From positions 194,420-226,419 of the forward strand of contig NZ_PQWO01000008.1 in the NCBI RefSeq assembly GCF_003231495.1: a stretch of DNA of 32,000 bases. Direction: 5' to 3'. The notes under the pieces were generated by a model. It ran no database searches. It had not been told where the DNA came from and was given only the letters and a program-made list of their open reading frames with translations. Position numbers and translations under genes: made by a program. This document shows positions 20,269 through 26,369 of the stretch, one piece after another (within the stretch, counting starts at the first letter, position 1; every line of letters starts with the position of its first letter). The DNA comes from Acaryochloris thomasi RCC1774. GTDB lineage: Bacteria > Cyanobacteriota > Cyanobacteriia > Thermosynechococcales > Thermosynechococcaceae.

Positions 20269-20397
20269 AACTCTACTCTCAGAATAAGACGGCACAAGTT
20301 GAACAGTGCCTTGGCGCACTTGCGACACAACCTTTCTGTCAGTCAAGAAGAAAATCTGGGTACCCTAGGACCTTAAAATACTTCCTCAGGTTCTCCT

Positions 20398-20514
20398 GTG
20401 AATGTTCGTGCTAAAGCGTTGTTGTTCAGTAATGCCAGCTTAATGCTGGTGTTACTGGGAATTTTTATTGGCATTCGTCAACCTCTTTTACAGCGGTTTT
20501 CTATCCTAGAGTAG
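20398..20514 (+). CDS. hypothetical 38-aa single-TM peptide (GTG start)
   Basis: Manual translation gives (M)NVRAKALLFSNASLMLVLLGIFIGIRQPLLQRFSILE*. It is hydrophobic-core only, with no family recognised and a weak RBS. Confidence 0.15.
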   Translation: MNVRAKALLFSNASLMLVLLGIFIGIRQPLLQRFSILE

Positions 20515-20525
20515 AGCGGCAGATA

Positions 20526-20669
20526 ATGGTGAAAAAGGTTTCCCGTGTTGTCGATGCCTTTTTGCTGCAGGCAGAACAGCTAGATGGCAACGCAAGATCT
20601 GAGGCAACTTGGACAGAAATGCATACCTACCTTGGTGGGGAGACCTCTACTTTTTACACTGATAATTAG
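20526..20669 (+). CDS. hypothetical 47-aa protein whose stop codon is the TA(G) at the MITE junction
   Basis: Manual translation gives MVKKVSRVVDAFLLQAEQLDGNARSEATWTEMHTYLGGETSTFYTDN*. No family recognised. Confidence 0.15.
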   Translation: MVKKVSRVVDAFLLQAEQLDGNARSEATWTEMHTYLGGETSTFYTDN

Positions 20670-20920
20670 TCGTCCCTGAAAAACCCCTTGCATTTTGAAG
20701 GTATTTTGCTGCGGCCCCTGTATATCAGAGCTTCTAGAGACCCGATTTGGAGCACATAGATTTGTGCAAACACATGGATTGGGGGCTTCAAGCAATTAAG
20801 AAAAGCGCCATTTCACCAGTTTTTGCAAGGGGCAGCGAATTGACTTGCAATTTAGATCCACATTTTAGTGCCTGAAAGGCTGGTGATATATGGGCTAATG
20901 AGGTTTTTCAGGGACGACTA
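20667..20920. mobile_element. MITE (non-autonomous element, 254 bp) with 19-bp perfect terminal inverted repeats
   Basis: The left end TAGTCGTCCCTGAAAAACC (20667-20685) is the exact reverse complement of the right end GGTTTTTCAGGGACGACTA (20902-20920). If the outer TA is a target-site duplication, the TIR is 17 bp flanked by TA/TA, which resembles IS630/Tc1-mariner. A subterminal inverted repeat CCCCTTGCA / TGCAAGGGG is present and the element has no coding capacity. Confidence 0.7.
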
Positions 20921-21175
20921 GTTAGGTGCGTTAGCGGTGCGATCGCAACTCCAAACCATCGTGATCGACGGCCCTGCATTCCCAAGGTCAAACTCTAGCC
21001 CCGCCGCCTGCCACCCCAGTCTTTCATAGAACCCCCTGTCGCTCACCCTCGCAAAACACCAGATCGGCTTGAGCAGGCCGTCGCGCTCTAGAGATGCGAT
21101 CTCAACTCTAGAGCTGTGGACCCATAAAGGGTTGAGACCTTTGCGGACTATCAATGAGGTTGGAGAAAATAACAA
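20918..21175 (-). pseudogene. truncated GNAT-family acetyltransferase remnant (C-terminal portion only)
   Basis: The 85-codon frame (TTG start) contains KPIWCFARVSDRGFYERLGWQAAGLEFDLGNAGPSITM, which resembles the lWCnAR...FYeklGF...GpH..M C-terminal GNAT pattern. An in-frame TAG immediately upstream leaves no room for the acetyl-CoA motif A region. Confidence 0.4.
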
Positions 21176-21182
21176 GCTCTAT

Positions 21183-21380
21183 CTACGCAGGGGAGGGTAT
21201 AACTTCAGAGCCAAGACACCGAGTAAGAGTAGAAGCTTCTCGTGCTTGCATTAGCCTTCTGTTCAGCACAAGGCTTTGTAGGTCAGGCATTTTTTGCCAA
21301 CAGTGAGAACAAAACCAGTACGTCTTACCGTGGCCAAAATGTTTTGACATATCGTTGGAACAGATTGGGCAATCATTCAT
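21183..21380 (-). CDS. small zinc-ribbon protein (CxxC...CxxC)
   Basis: 65-aa ORF MNDCPICSNDMSKHFGHGKTYWFCSHCWQKMP..., with two CxxC pairs 16 residues apart. Confidence 0.4.
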   Translation of the reverse strand: MNDCPICSNDMSKHFGHGKTYWFCSHCWQKMPDLQSLVLNRRLMQAREASTLTRCLGSEVIPSPA

Positions 21381-21534
21381 TGAAAAAACCGAATAATAAA
21401 AAGTGGTAAAGGGGAATTTATGTTTGTGTTATGTAGGTTCCACCGTAATGTCCGAATGTGAGGATGGTATGAGGTTCTGTGAATCATCTCGGGATTGATA
21501 CAGCGGATCGTGGCTTGGTAGGACAAGGCTGAAG

Positions 21535-21560
21535 TGAAAAAGCCTTCAAGGGAAGGCTTT
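21535..21560 (-). terminator. hairpin with T-tract, minus-strand intrinsic terminator (second of two in tandem)
   Basis: On the minus strand: AAAGCCTTC-cctt-GAAGGCTTT followed by TTCAC. The GC core is GCCTTC/GAAGGC. Confidence 0.4.
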
Positions 21561-21603
21561 CCGCTATTGCAGGTGTCCTCTATCTAACTGAAAACCGCTG
21601 TAG

Positions 21604-21646
21604 TTCAAAACAACAACCCCCTGGATGCACTTCCAGAGGGTTGTTG
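21604..21646 (-). terminator. minus-strand Rho-independent terminator
   Basis: On the minus strand: CAACAACCCTCTGGA-agtgca-TCCAGGGGGTTGTTG followed by TTTTGAA. The stem is 15 bp with one mismatch. It lies ~310 nt downstream of the udk stop. Confidence 0.55.
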
Positions 21647-21956
21647 TGACAAGCCAACCTATAAAGGGGTAGTCAGCAGTATTCACAGACAAATTTAAAT
21701 ACCAGCCTTATATATTGGTGGCCAGCAGTATTGATCCAATTACCTCTATCTTCGCTTAGGAGGGATGAAAGCAGTCAGGGTAGATATACCCGACAATTAC
21801 GCTCTCAGCCTTTTCTTCCGCCCAAGAAACCGTTGTTTCTGACCTCATCATGTTCGCGGAGAACAGGACGAGGTAATCGTGTGCCCTTGCCGCAGTATCC
21901 GATGGCGAAGCTTCAGGATGCTGGCGACGGTAGTGCGGTGGTGGGCGATCGCTGGC

Positions 21957-22547
21957 TTAGGCATGGGTAAGATCGAGTCGTTGTAAGATCACTTCGAGAG
22001 TCTTACTGATGTCTCTGTCGCCTGAAATAATCAGATCTGCTTTGGATGCTCCTTGCTGGACTAGGGCTTGATGGGTTGGCATCACATTTTTGTGCCACTC
22101 TTGAATGATGCTGGTTTGCGATCTCAACTTTTCGGTAGAGTCCCTAACGAGCCTACGCTCTAGCCTGCTCTGGCTGGGAGTCTCTACAAAGATTTTGAAG
22201 TCTAAAGTGTTCAAGATTCCGGGCACAGTGAGAACGAAGATCCCCTCAACAAGGATAATTGGCTTTGGAATGACCCGCTCAGTCTCGGTTGTCTGGCAAC
22301 TGTTGATCTCATCGTAAATGGGTAGCTCTGCTGGCTCACCAGATCGCAGCGTTTCCAGATGAGCGATCATCAAGCTTGTATTGAGTGCTTCCGGTTTATC
22401 GTAGTTACCGCAGGCCATGTGAAAGTAGTAGCGGTCATGGCTGATGAGTAGCGCACGGCTGTCCAGTCGATCTACGATCGCCCTAGCTAGAGTCGTTTTA
22501 CCTGCGCCACTACCGCCGCCGATTCCAATGATGGTGGTGGGCGTCAT
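21957..22547 (-). CDS. udk: uridine kinase family P-loop kinase
   Basis: 196-aa ORF. It has the Walker A motif IIGIGGGSGAGKTTLA, SHDRYY, NYDKPEA, ILVEGIF, FKIFVETP and RLERRLVRDS, which are collinear with the E. coli Udk motifs. Confidence 0.8.
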   Translation of the reverse strand: MTPTTIIGIGGGSGAGKTTLARAIVDRLDSRALLISHDRYYFHMACGNYDKPEALNTSLMIAHLETLRSGEPAELPIYDEINSCQTTETERVIPKPIILVEGIFVLTVPGILNTLDFKIFVETPSQSRLERRLVRDSTEKLRSQTSIIQEWHKNVMPTHQALVQQGASKADLIISGDRDISKTLEVILQRLDLTHA

Positions 22548-22602
22548 CGTAACTTTGGCCTATGGAAACGATGGTACAGTTGCGATCGCAATGACTCTAC
22601 TT

Positions 22603-22986
22603 CTACGAATCGTCTTCGGTAATTTGTACAAGGTGAATATGCTTATATCCGAGCTTAATTTCAAATTCATCACCGACCTGTAGGCCCATCTTTTCAGTGT
22701 AAGTAGATCCCAGTACAATTTGCCCATTCTTATGAACTTTGACCCGATAGCTGGCCTCTCGTCCCCTGCCGTCGCCGTTAGTGTCACCGTCTAGAGAAAT
22801 GCCCTTCGCTTCAAGGATGGCGCTCATAAAACTGCTTAGGTTGACTCGGCCACCTATCTCATAGCCGCATTCCTTTGCTTTTTCACGTTTGGAAAGGTGA
22901 GATAAGTTCTTAACTTTTTTGAGTAGTTCTTTCCCAACTAAGGGCTGAATGTCTTGCTTCTTTGCTGCAGTTTTCTTCGCCATCAA
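22603..22986 (-). CDS. cyanobacterial AbrB-family transcriptional regulator (cyAbrB, C-terminal SpoVT/AbrB domain)
   Basis: 127-aa ORF. The N-terminus GKELLKKVKNLSHLSKREKAKECGY and the C-terminus YRVKVHKNGQIVLGSTYTEKMGLQVGDEFEIKLGYKHIHLV follow the CalA/CalB (cyAbrB1/2) architecture. Confidence 0.85.
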   Translation of the reverse strand: MMAKKTAAKKQDIQPLVGKELLKKVKNLSHLSKREKAKECGYEIGGRVNLSSFMSAILEAKGISLDGDTNGDGRGREASYRVKVHKNGQIVLGSTYTEKMGLQVGDEFEIKLGYKHIHLVQITEDDS

Positions 22987-23059
22987 TGCTGAATGCCCTT
23001 GATTGAATTGAGTAAAAATTGATTGTAGGTCTAGCTGGAGCTACAGCTTAACAAAATCG

Positions 23060-23317
23060 TTAATTCTCTCTAGGTCTGGCCTTATTGACCTTGAGCGTTC
23101 GGCCCATCCATTCAGCTCCATCGAGTTCAGCGATCGCCTTTTCTTCTTCAGTGTCTGAACCCATGTCTATGAAGGCAAAGCCTCTGGGTTTTCCAGTTTC
23201 ACGGTCAGTGTATGAAGAAATCATGGCGACATAGATGACCTTACCAAATTTAGAAAACAGGGTTGTTAGGTTGTCTCGCGTTGCTTCCCTGGGCAAATTC
23301 CCGACGTCAATCGTCAT
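23060..23317 (-). CDS. short RRM-type RNA-binding protein (RRM-1; no Gly-rich tail)
   Basis: 85-aa ORF with RNP2-like IDVGNL and RNP1 RGFAFIDM. Its C-terminus EEEKAIAELDGAEWMGRTLKVNKARPR is typical of cyanobacterial Rbp proteins. Confidence 0.85.
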   Translation of the reverse strand: MTIDVGNLPREATRDNLTTLFSKFGKVIYVAMISSYTDRETGKPRGFAFIDMGSDTEEEKAIAELDGAEWMGRTLKVNKARPREN

Positions 23318-23470
23318 GGTTATGTTTAAGAGTAGAAGACTGAAGACATTTAGTTATCGAAAGTTATATTTCTCTAGAGAATAATACGATATCAGCAGTT
23401 TTTTGTCTTTACTTCTGGATTTAAGTACCGTAGATTTACTCAGGCGGAGTGCTAGCGCAAAAGTTAAGCT

Positions 23471-23500
23471 AATGAAAACCCCCAGCGGTGAGGCTAGGGG
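23471..23500 (-). terminator. minus-strand intrinsic terminator at the left end of module copy A
   Basis: The minus strand reads CCCCTAGC-ctcacc-GCTGGGGG followed by TTTTCATT. The one non-Watson-Crick pair is G.U on the minus RNA but C.A on the plus RNA. Confidence 0.55.
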
Positions 23501-23624
23501 AGTCTAGTTATTTTGGGGAACGCTGAGATTTTGTCTGACTCAATTTCATCTTGATGGAGAAGGCTCCAGAAAGCGTTTGAGTTGTCCTTAAATCTGCGTT
23601 ACAGCCTCAGTATTCCCATCTTGT

Positions 23625-23658
23625 TACCCGATCTGACAGGTCGGGTAAATTATTTTTT
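23625..23658 (+). terminator. plus-strand intrinsic terminator at the right end of module copy A
   Basis: TACCCGA-tctgacagg-TCGGGTA followed by AATTATTTTTTGT. Confidence 0.55.
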
Positions 23659-23859
23659 GTCGAGCGTGTGATTGCTGCCGCACGGTGAAGAGTAACCAAT
23701 CATGACAGCGATCAACTTCTTGAGACGTGCCCTTCATGGGTGCTTCATGTTGCACGCTTATCTTGGCAATCAAGGCAGCGTTCCAACTGTCCTACTTCCG
23801 AGCGGTTAACTCCCCCTGGTGGATTTGTATACACTGGGGCTTTGTTTTTATTCGGGTGC

Positions 23860-24135
23860 TCAGGCTTTCACTTTCTCCTTGAATGCCTTCCCCGCGCTAA
23901 ACGCTGGCACTGTCGCCGCCGGAATCTTGAGTGCCTTGCCAGTCTGAGGATTGCGCCCTTCTCTTTCCTTGCGATCTCGGGGTTCAAAGCTGCCAAAGTC
24001 AACGATTGTCACCTTGTCACCACCGGCTACAGTCTCCATGATGGTGTCTACAGTGGCCGTCAGAATTTCGTCAGCCTGCTTCTTGGTGACGTTGGCTTGA
24101 GTTGCGATCGCATCAACTAATTCACCTTTGTTCAT
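23860..24135 (-). CDS. hup: HU family nucleoid-associated DNA-binding protein (HU-1)
   Basis: 91-aa ORF MNKGELVDAIA...FGSFEPRDRKEREGRNPQTGKALKIPAATVPAFSAGKAFKEKV. This is the canonical HU/IHF fold signature. Confidence 0.9.
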   Translation of the reverse strand: MNKGELVDAIATQANVTKKQADEILTATVDTIMETVAGGDKVTIVDFGSFEPRDRKEREGRNPQTGKALKIPAATVPAFSAGKAFKEKVKA

Positions 24136-24228
24136 GGGGAGTCCTCAAATGCAGATATCTGGAGGGATTGTAGCGAATTGTCATGGACAACGGTTAAACG
24201 TAAGGAAATTCTCAAGTCTTGATATAGT

Positions 24229-24708
24229 TTGAGAGTCCGGGTGAGAGAGGGACTCATGGCATATCGTCGGTCATCTCAGCAGCTATCCCAAAGAAGGCGG
24301 TCGCATCGCGGGCATTCGTTTCACTCTAGTAAACTGCAGCGCCATCGGCAGGCCAGCAGCATCGACTTGCTCAAGCAGTCTGTTCCCTCAGAGATAAGAG
24401 AGAAACGCTTGTCTCTGATGCTCTATGCCAATGGCGTCAAGCTCCCAGCTCAACGTATCGGTAGTCTTGCTGTCGTCTGGCGGGAGGACTGCGAGGGCTA
24501 TCAGTTGTTCTCCTGGGAGTTGCGATCGCCCTTGTCATCGCTGCTGTTTGAGACGAGAGAGTACTGCTGTGAGGCTGCTGTAGAGCTAGGGCAGCGGTTC
24601 TCGATAGACCGACTTTTGCAAGAACAGTCGTTTGCGGTGAGGGAACAGGTGGATGCGATCGCTGAAGAGTTCCTGCTGAGGGAGCAGGTTGCGATGGCGC
24701 ATGGTTGA
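24229..24708 (+). CDS. hypothetical protein (first gene of a 4-gene overlapping-codon operon)
   Basis: 159-aa ORF (or 150 aa from ATG 24256, MAYRRSS...). The N-terminus is rich in Arg, Ser and His. Its stop overlaps the next ATG (ATGGTTGA). No family recognised. Confidence 0.5.
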   Translation: MRVRVREGLMAYRRSSQQLSQRRRSHRGHSFHSSKLQRHRQASSIDLLKQSVPSEIREKRLSLMLYANGVKLPAQRIGSLAVVWREDCEGYQLFSWELRSPLSSLLFETREYCCEAAVELGQRFSIDRLLQEQSFAVREQVDAIAEEFLLREQVAMAHG

Positions 24709-24913
24709 TCAGTACGATCCTCAGCTTAATATCACACGCCATGATGCTCTCCTGGATGGGCCGCGGTCTCATGTGATGAATACAGAACTGCCGTTCCCCG
24801 ATAGCTGGCGGCCTTTTGTGGCAGCGGTTTGTTTGCTTGGCATCTTTGCGGTTGTCGTTTGGGTGTGGTGGGGTGATCATAGAGAAGGACGACCCTGCTT
24901 TACGTTGACGTGA
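24701..24913 (+). CDS. hypothetical small single-TM protein
   Basis: MVDQYDPQLNITRHDALLDG...WRPFVAAVCLLGIFAVVVWVWWGDH. ATG 24701 overlaps the upstream stop (the track offers a TTG at 24689). Its stop overlaps the hydrolase GTG start (GTGA). Confidence 0.45.
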   Translation: MVDQYDPQLNITRHDALLDGPRSHVMNTELPFPDSWRPFVAAVCLLGIFAVVVWVWWGDHREGRPCFTLT

Positions 24914-25836
24914 AACAAGCTGACTCTAATTTCCTTCCCGCATCTGCCACAGAGATTCAGGATAGAGCAGCGCAAACCCTGCTCCAGCAGGTCCGGCGTC
25001 AAACCGTCGAAGTTTGCACAGACTTTGGGGAAGTCAATATTCCAACAGCCTTTGCCTGTATGGGGCCAGAGTCGATTCCAATTCCTCAACTCACAAGCCC
25101 CATGCTATGCCTGCCGGGATTCGATAGCTCTCTGCTGGAATATCGGTATCTTCTCCCGATACTGGCCGTCCAACAGAAATGCTGGGTGTTGGATTGGTAT
25201 GGTTGTGGCTTTACAGCGTATTGCCCTCGACTCTCTGTCCATCCCGTTCACATCCGACAACACCTGTTGACTGTGATCAGCCGTTGGATTGGTCAGCCTG
25301 TCGTGCTAATTGGAGCTTCCCTTGGTGGGGCAGTGGCGCTTGACTTTGCCATGCATCACCCAGAGTGTGTGCGATCGCTTGTTGTTATTGACAGTGTGGG
25401 TTTCTCCGGTCATTTTCCATTGGGGCCATCCTGTCCTTTAGCGATATTGGAGATGGGTGCTGATTGGTTATGCCTACGCAAGCAAACGGCACTCGCTGCC
25501 GCTACCGCACTATCACTGCCGTCAACAGTAATTGAGCCATTGCGATGTTCGCAGCTTCATCAAGAGATGCCAGGGTGGAAAGCGACGATCACTACCTTTT
25601 GCCAGAGTGGTGGATATGCTGATCTCGGTCCTCGTATTACCGATGTGAGCCATCCGACCCTTGTTATGTGGGGGGTTTCTGATGATGTCCTTGGAACCGG
25701 AGATGCCCTACGTTTTAGACAGACAATATCCAATAGTCAACTGGTTTGGGTCTCTCAAGCTGGCCATGCCCCCCATATTGATCAACCCCACATTGTTGCC
25801 AAGCATTTACTCGCTTTTACAACAGAAGTTTCATGA
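24910..25836 (+). CDS. alpha/beta hydrolase fold protein
   Basis: 308-aa ORF (GTG start). It has the nucleophile elbow GASLGG (GxSxG), the oxyanion region LCLPGFDSS, and the C-terminal catalytic His context QAGHAPHIDQP. Confidence 0.85.
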   Translation: MKQADSNFLPASATEIQDRAAQTLLQQVRRQTVEVCTDFGEVNIPTAFACMGPESIPIPQLTSPMLCLPGFDSSLLEYRYLLPILAVQQKCWVLDWYGCGFTAYCPRLSVHPVHIRQHLLTVISRWIGQPVVLIGASLGGAVALDFAMHHPECVRSLVVIDSVGFSGHFPLGPSCPLAILEMGADWLCLRKQTALAAATALSLPSTVIEPLRCSQLHQEMPGWKATITTFCQSGGYADLGPRITDVSHPTLVMWGVSDDVLGTGDALRFRQTISNSQLVWVSQAGHAPHIDQPHIVAKHLLAFTTEVS

Positions 25837-26078
25837 TGAGCCTCTGCTCCATCTCCCAGTGCTTCTCCTGTCGCTACCACGATCCCTTCGGCTATATTGT
25901 CTGTGCCCTTCACCCGTCTGGTTCCAGTAGTGATCGCTGTTCGGATTTTGTTGCGATCTCGGAAGTTGCCGAACATGGTCATTGTGCATCTGAAGGCTGG
26001 GCATTTGAGGGCGGGGAACTGGTGCGAGCGACAGCTCGGGATGTTGCGAAAGGTGCGGTAAGGAAGGCTCAAGGTTAA
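25833..26078 (+). CDS. uncharacterised small Cys-rich protein (paralog 1)
   Basis: 81-aa ORF. The ATG overlaps the hydrolase stop (ATGA). The motif QCFSCRYHDPFGYIVCALHPSGSSSDRCSDFVAISEV...EGWAFEGGELV is shared with the frame at 30161-30514. Confidence 0.6.
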   Translation: MMSLCSISQCFSCRYHDPFGYIVCALHPSGSSSDRCSDFVAISEVAEHGHCASEGWAFEGGELVRATARDVAKGAVRKAQG

Positions 26079-26140
26079 AGACGCCAAATCTAAAGATCCG
26101 TGGATGTACTCAGGGAAACTGAATATCCAAGCGTTATGCT

Positions 26141-26170
26141 AATAAAAACCCCCAGCGGTGAGGCTAGGGG
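26141..26170 (-). terminator. minus-strand intrinsic terminator at the left end of module copy B
   Basis: Same hairpin as copy A (CCCCTAGC-ctcacc-GCTGGGGG), followed by TTTTTATT on the minus strand. It lies ~200 nt downstream of the RRM-2 stop. Confidence 0.55.
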
Positions 26171-26278
26171 AGTCTAGTTATTTTGGGGAACACAGAGATA
26201 ATCTTACTCAATCGCCTATTCGAGAGAAGGTTCCAGAAAGCGTTGAGATGTCCTTAAATCTGTGAACAATCAAAGTAT

Positions 26279-26320
26279 TCCCATCTTGTCGTCCGATCTG
26301 ACAGATGGGATATTTTTTTA
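26279..26320 (+). terminator. plus-strand intrinsic terminator at the right end of module copy B
   Basis: TCCCATCT-(t GTC gtccgatct GAC)-AGATGGGA followed by TATTTTTTTATCTT. It lies ~200 nt downstream of the Cys-rich gene stop. Confidence 0.55.
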
Positions 26321-26369
26321 TCTTGAATTTGAGTGACGCGAACCTTGGCAAACGCTTCCTTTCAGGGTG

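Larger units (their letters stand above)
23468..23658. repeat. copy A of a duplicated ~190-nt non-coding module (possible RNA element)
   Basis: 23468-23521 matches 26138-26191 at 53 of 54 nt. Similarity continues through blocks CCAGAAAGCGTT, TGTCCTTAAATCTG, AGTATTCCCATCTTGT and CCGATCTGACAG to a T-run. The flanks are unrelated and no conserved ORF is present. Confidence 0.65.
26138..26320. repeat. copy B of the duplicated non-coding module
   Basis: See copy A. It lies between the convergent Cys-rich gene (+) and RRM-2 (-). Confidence 0.65.

Noticed and set aside
15972-20346. Numerous 60-150-aa ORFs on the minus strand and in alternative plus frames inside glsF (e.g. 18925..19380)
   Set aside because: They are nested in a 1529-aa gene with unmistakable Fd-GOGAT motifs and are typical spurious ORFs of moderately GC-rich coding DNA.
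20580-20795. 71-aa minus-strand ORF
   Set aside because: It lies largely inside the MITE and crosses its left terminal repeat. It has no RBS and an implausible composition.
21731-21970. 79-aa plus-strand ORF in the udk downstream gap
   Set aside because: It is Arg/Ser/Pro-rich and low in complexity, overlaps the udk 3' end antisense, and has no RBS.
21957-22986. AbrB-domain protein plus downstream P-loop kinase as a possible toxin-antitoxin (zeta-like) pair
   Set aside because: The 127-aa protein has the full cyAbrB (CalA/CalB) global-regulator architecture rather than a short MazE/AbrB antitoxin. The kinase is collinear with genuine uridine kinase motifs. The two genes are separated by 55 nt with no overlap.
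23472-23507. 11-codon ORF (MKTPSGEARGV*) at the start of module copy A
   Set aside because: The ATG is ATA in copy B although the remaining sequence is identical, so conservation is at the nucleotide or structure level and not coding.
23740-24120. 126-aa plus-strand ORF, and its twin at 26756..27025 (89 aa)
   Set aside because: Both lie exactly antisense to the two HU genes. They look conserved only because the HU genes are paralogs. Their composition (Cys/Arg/Leu-rich) is not protein-like, whereas the minus-strand HU reading frames are unambiguous.
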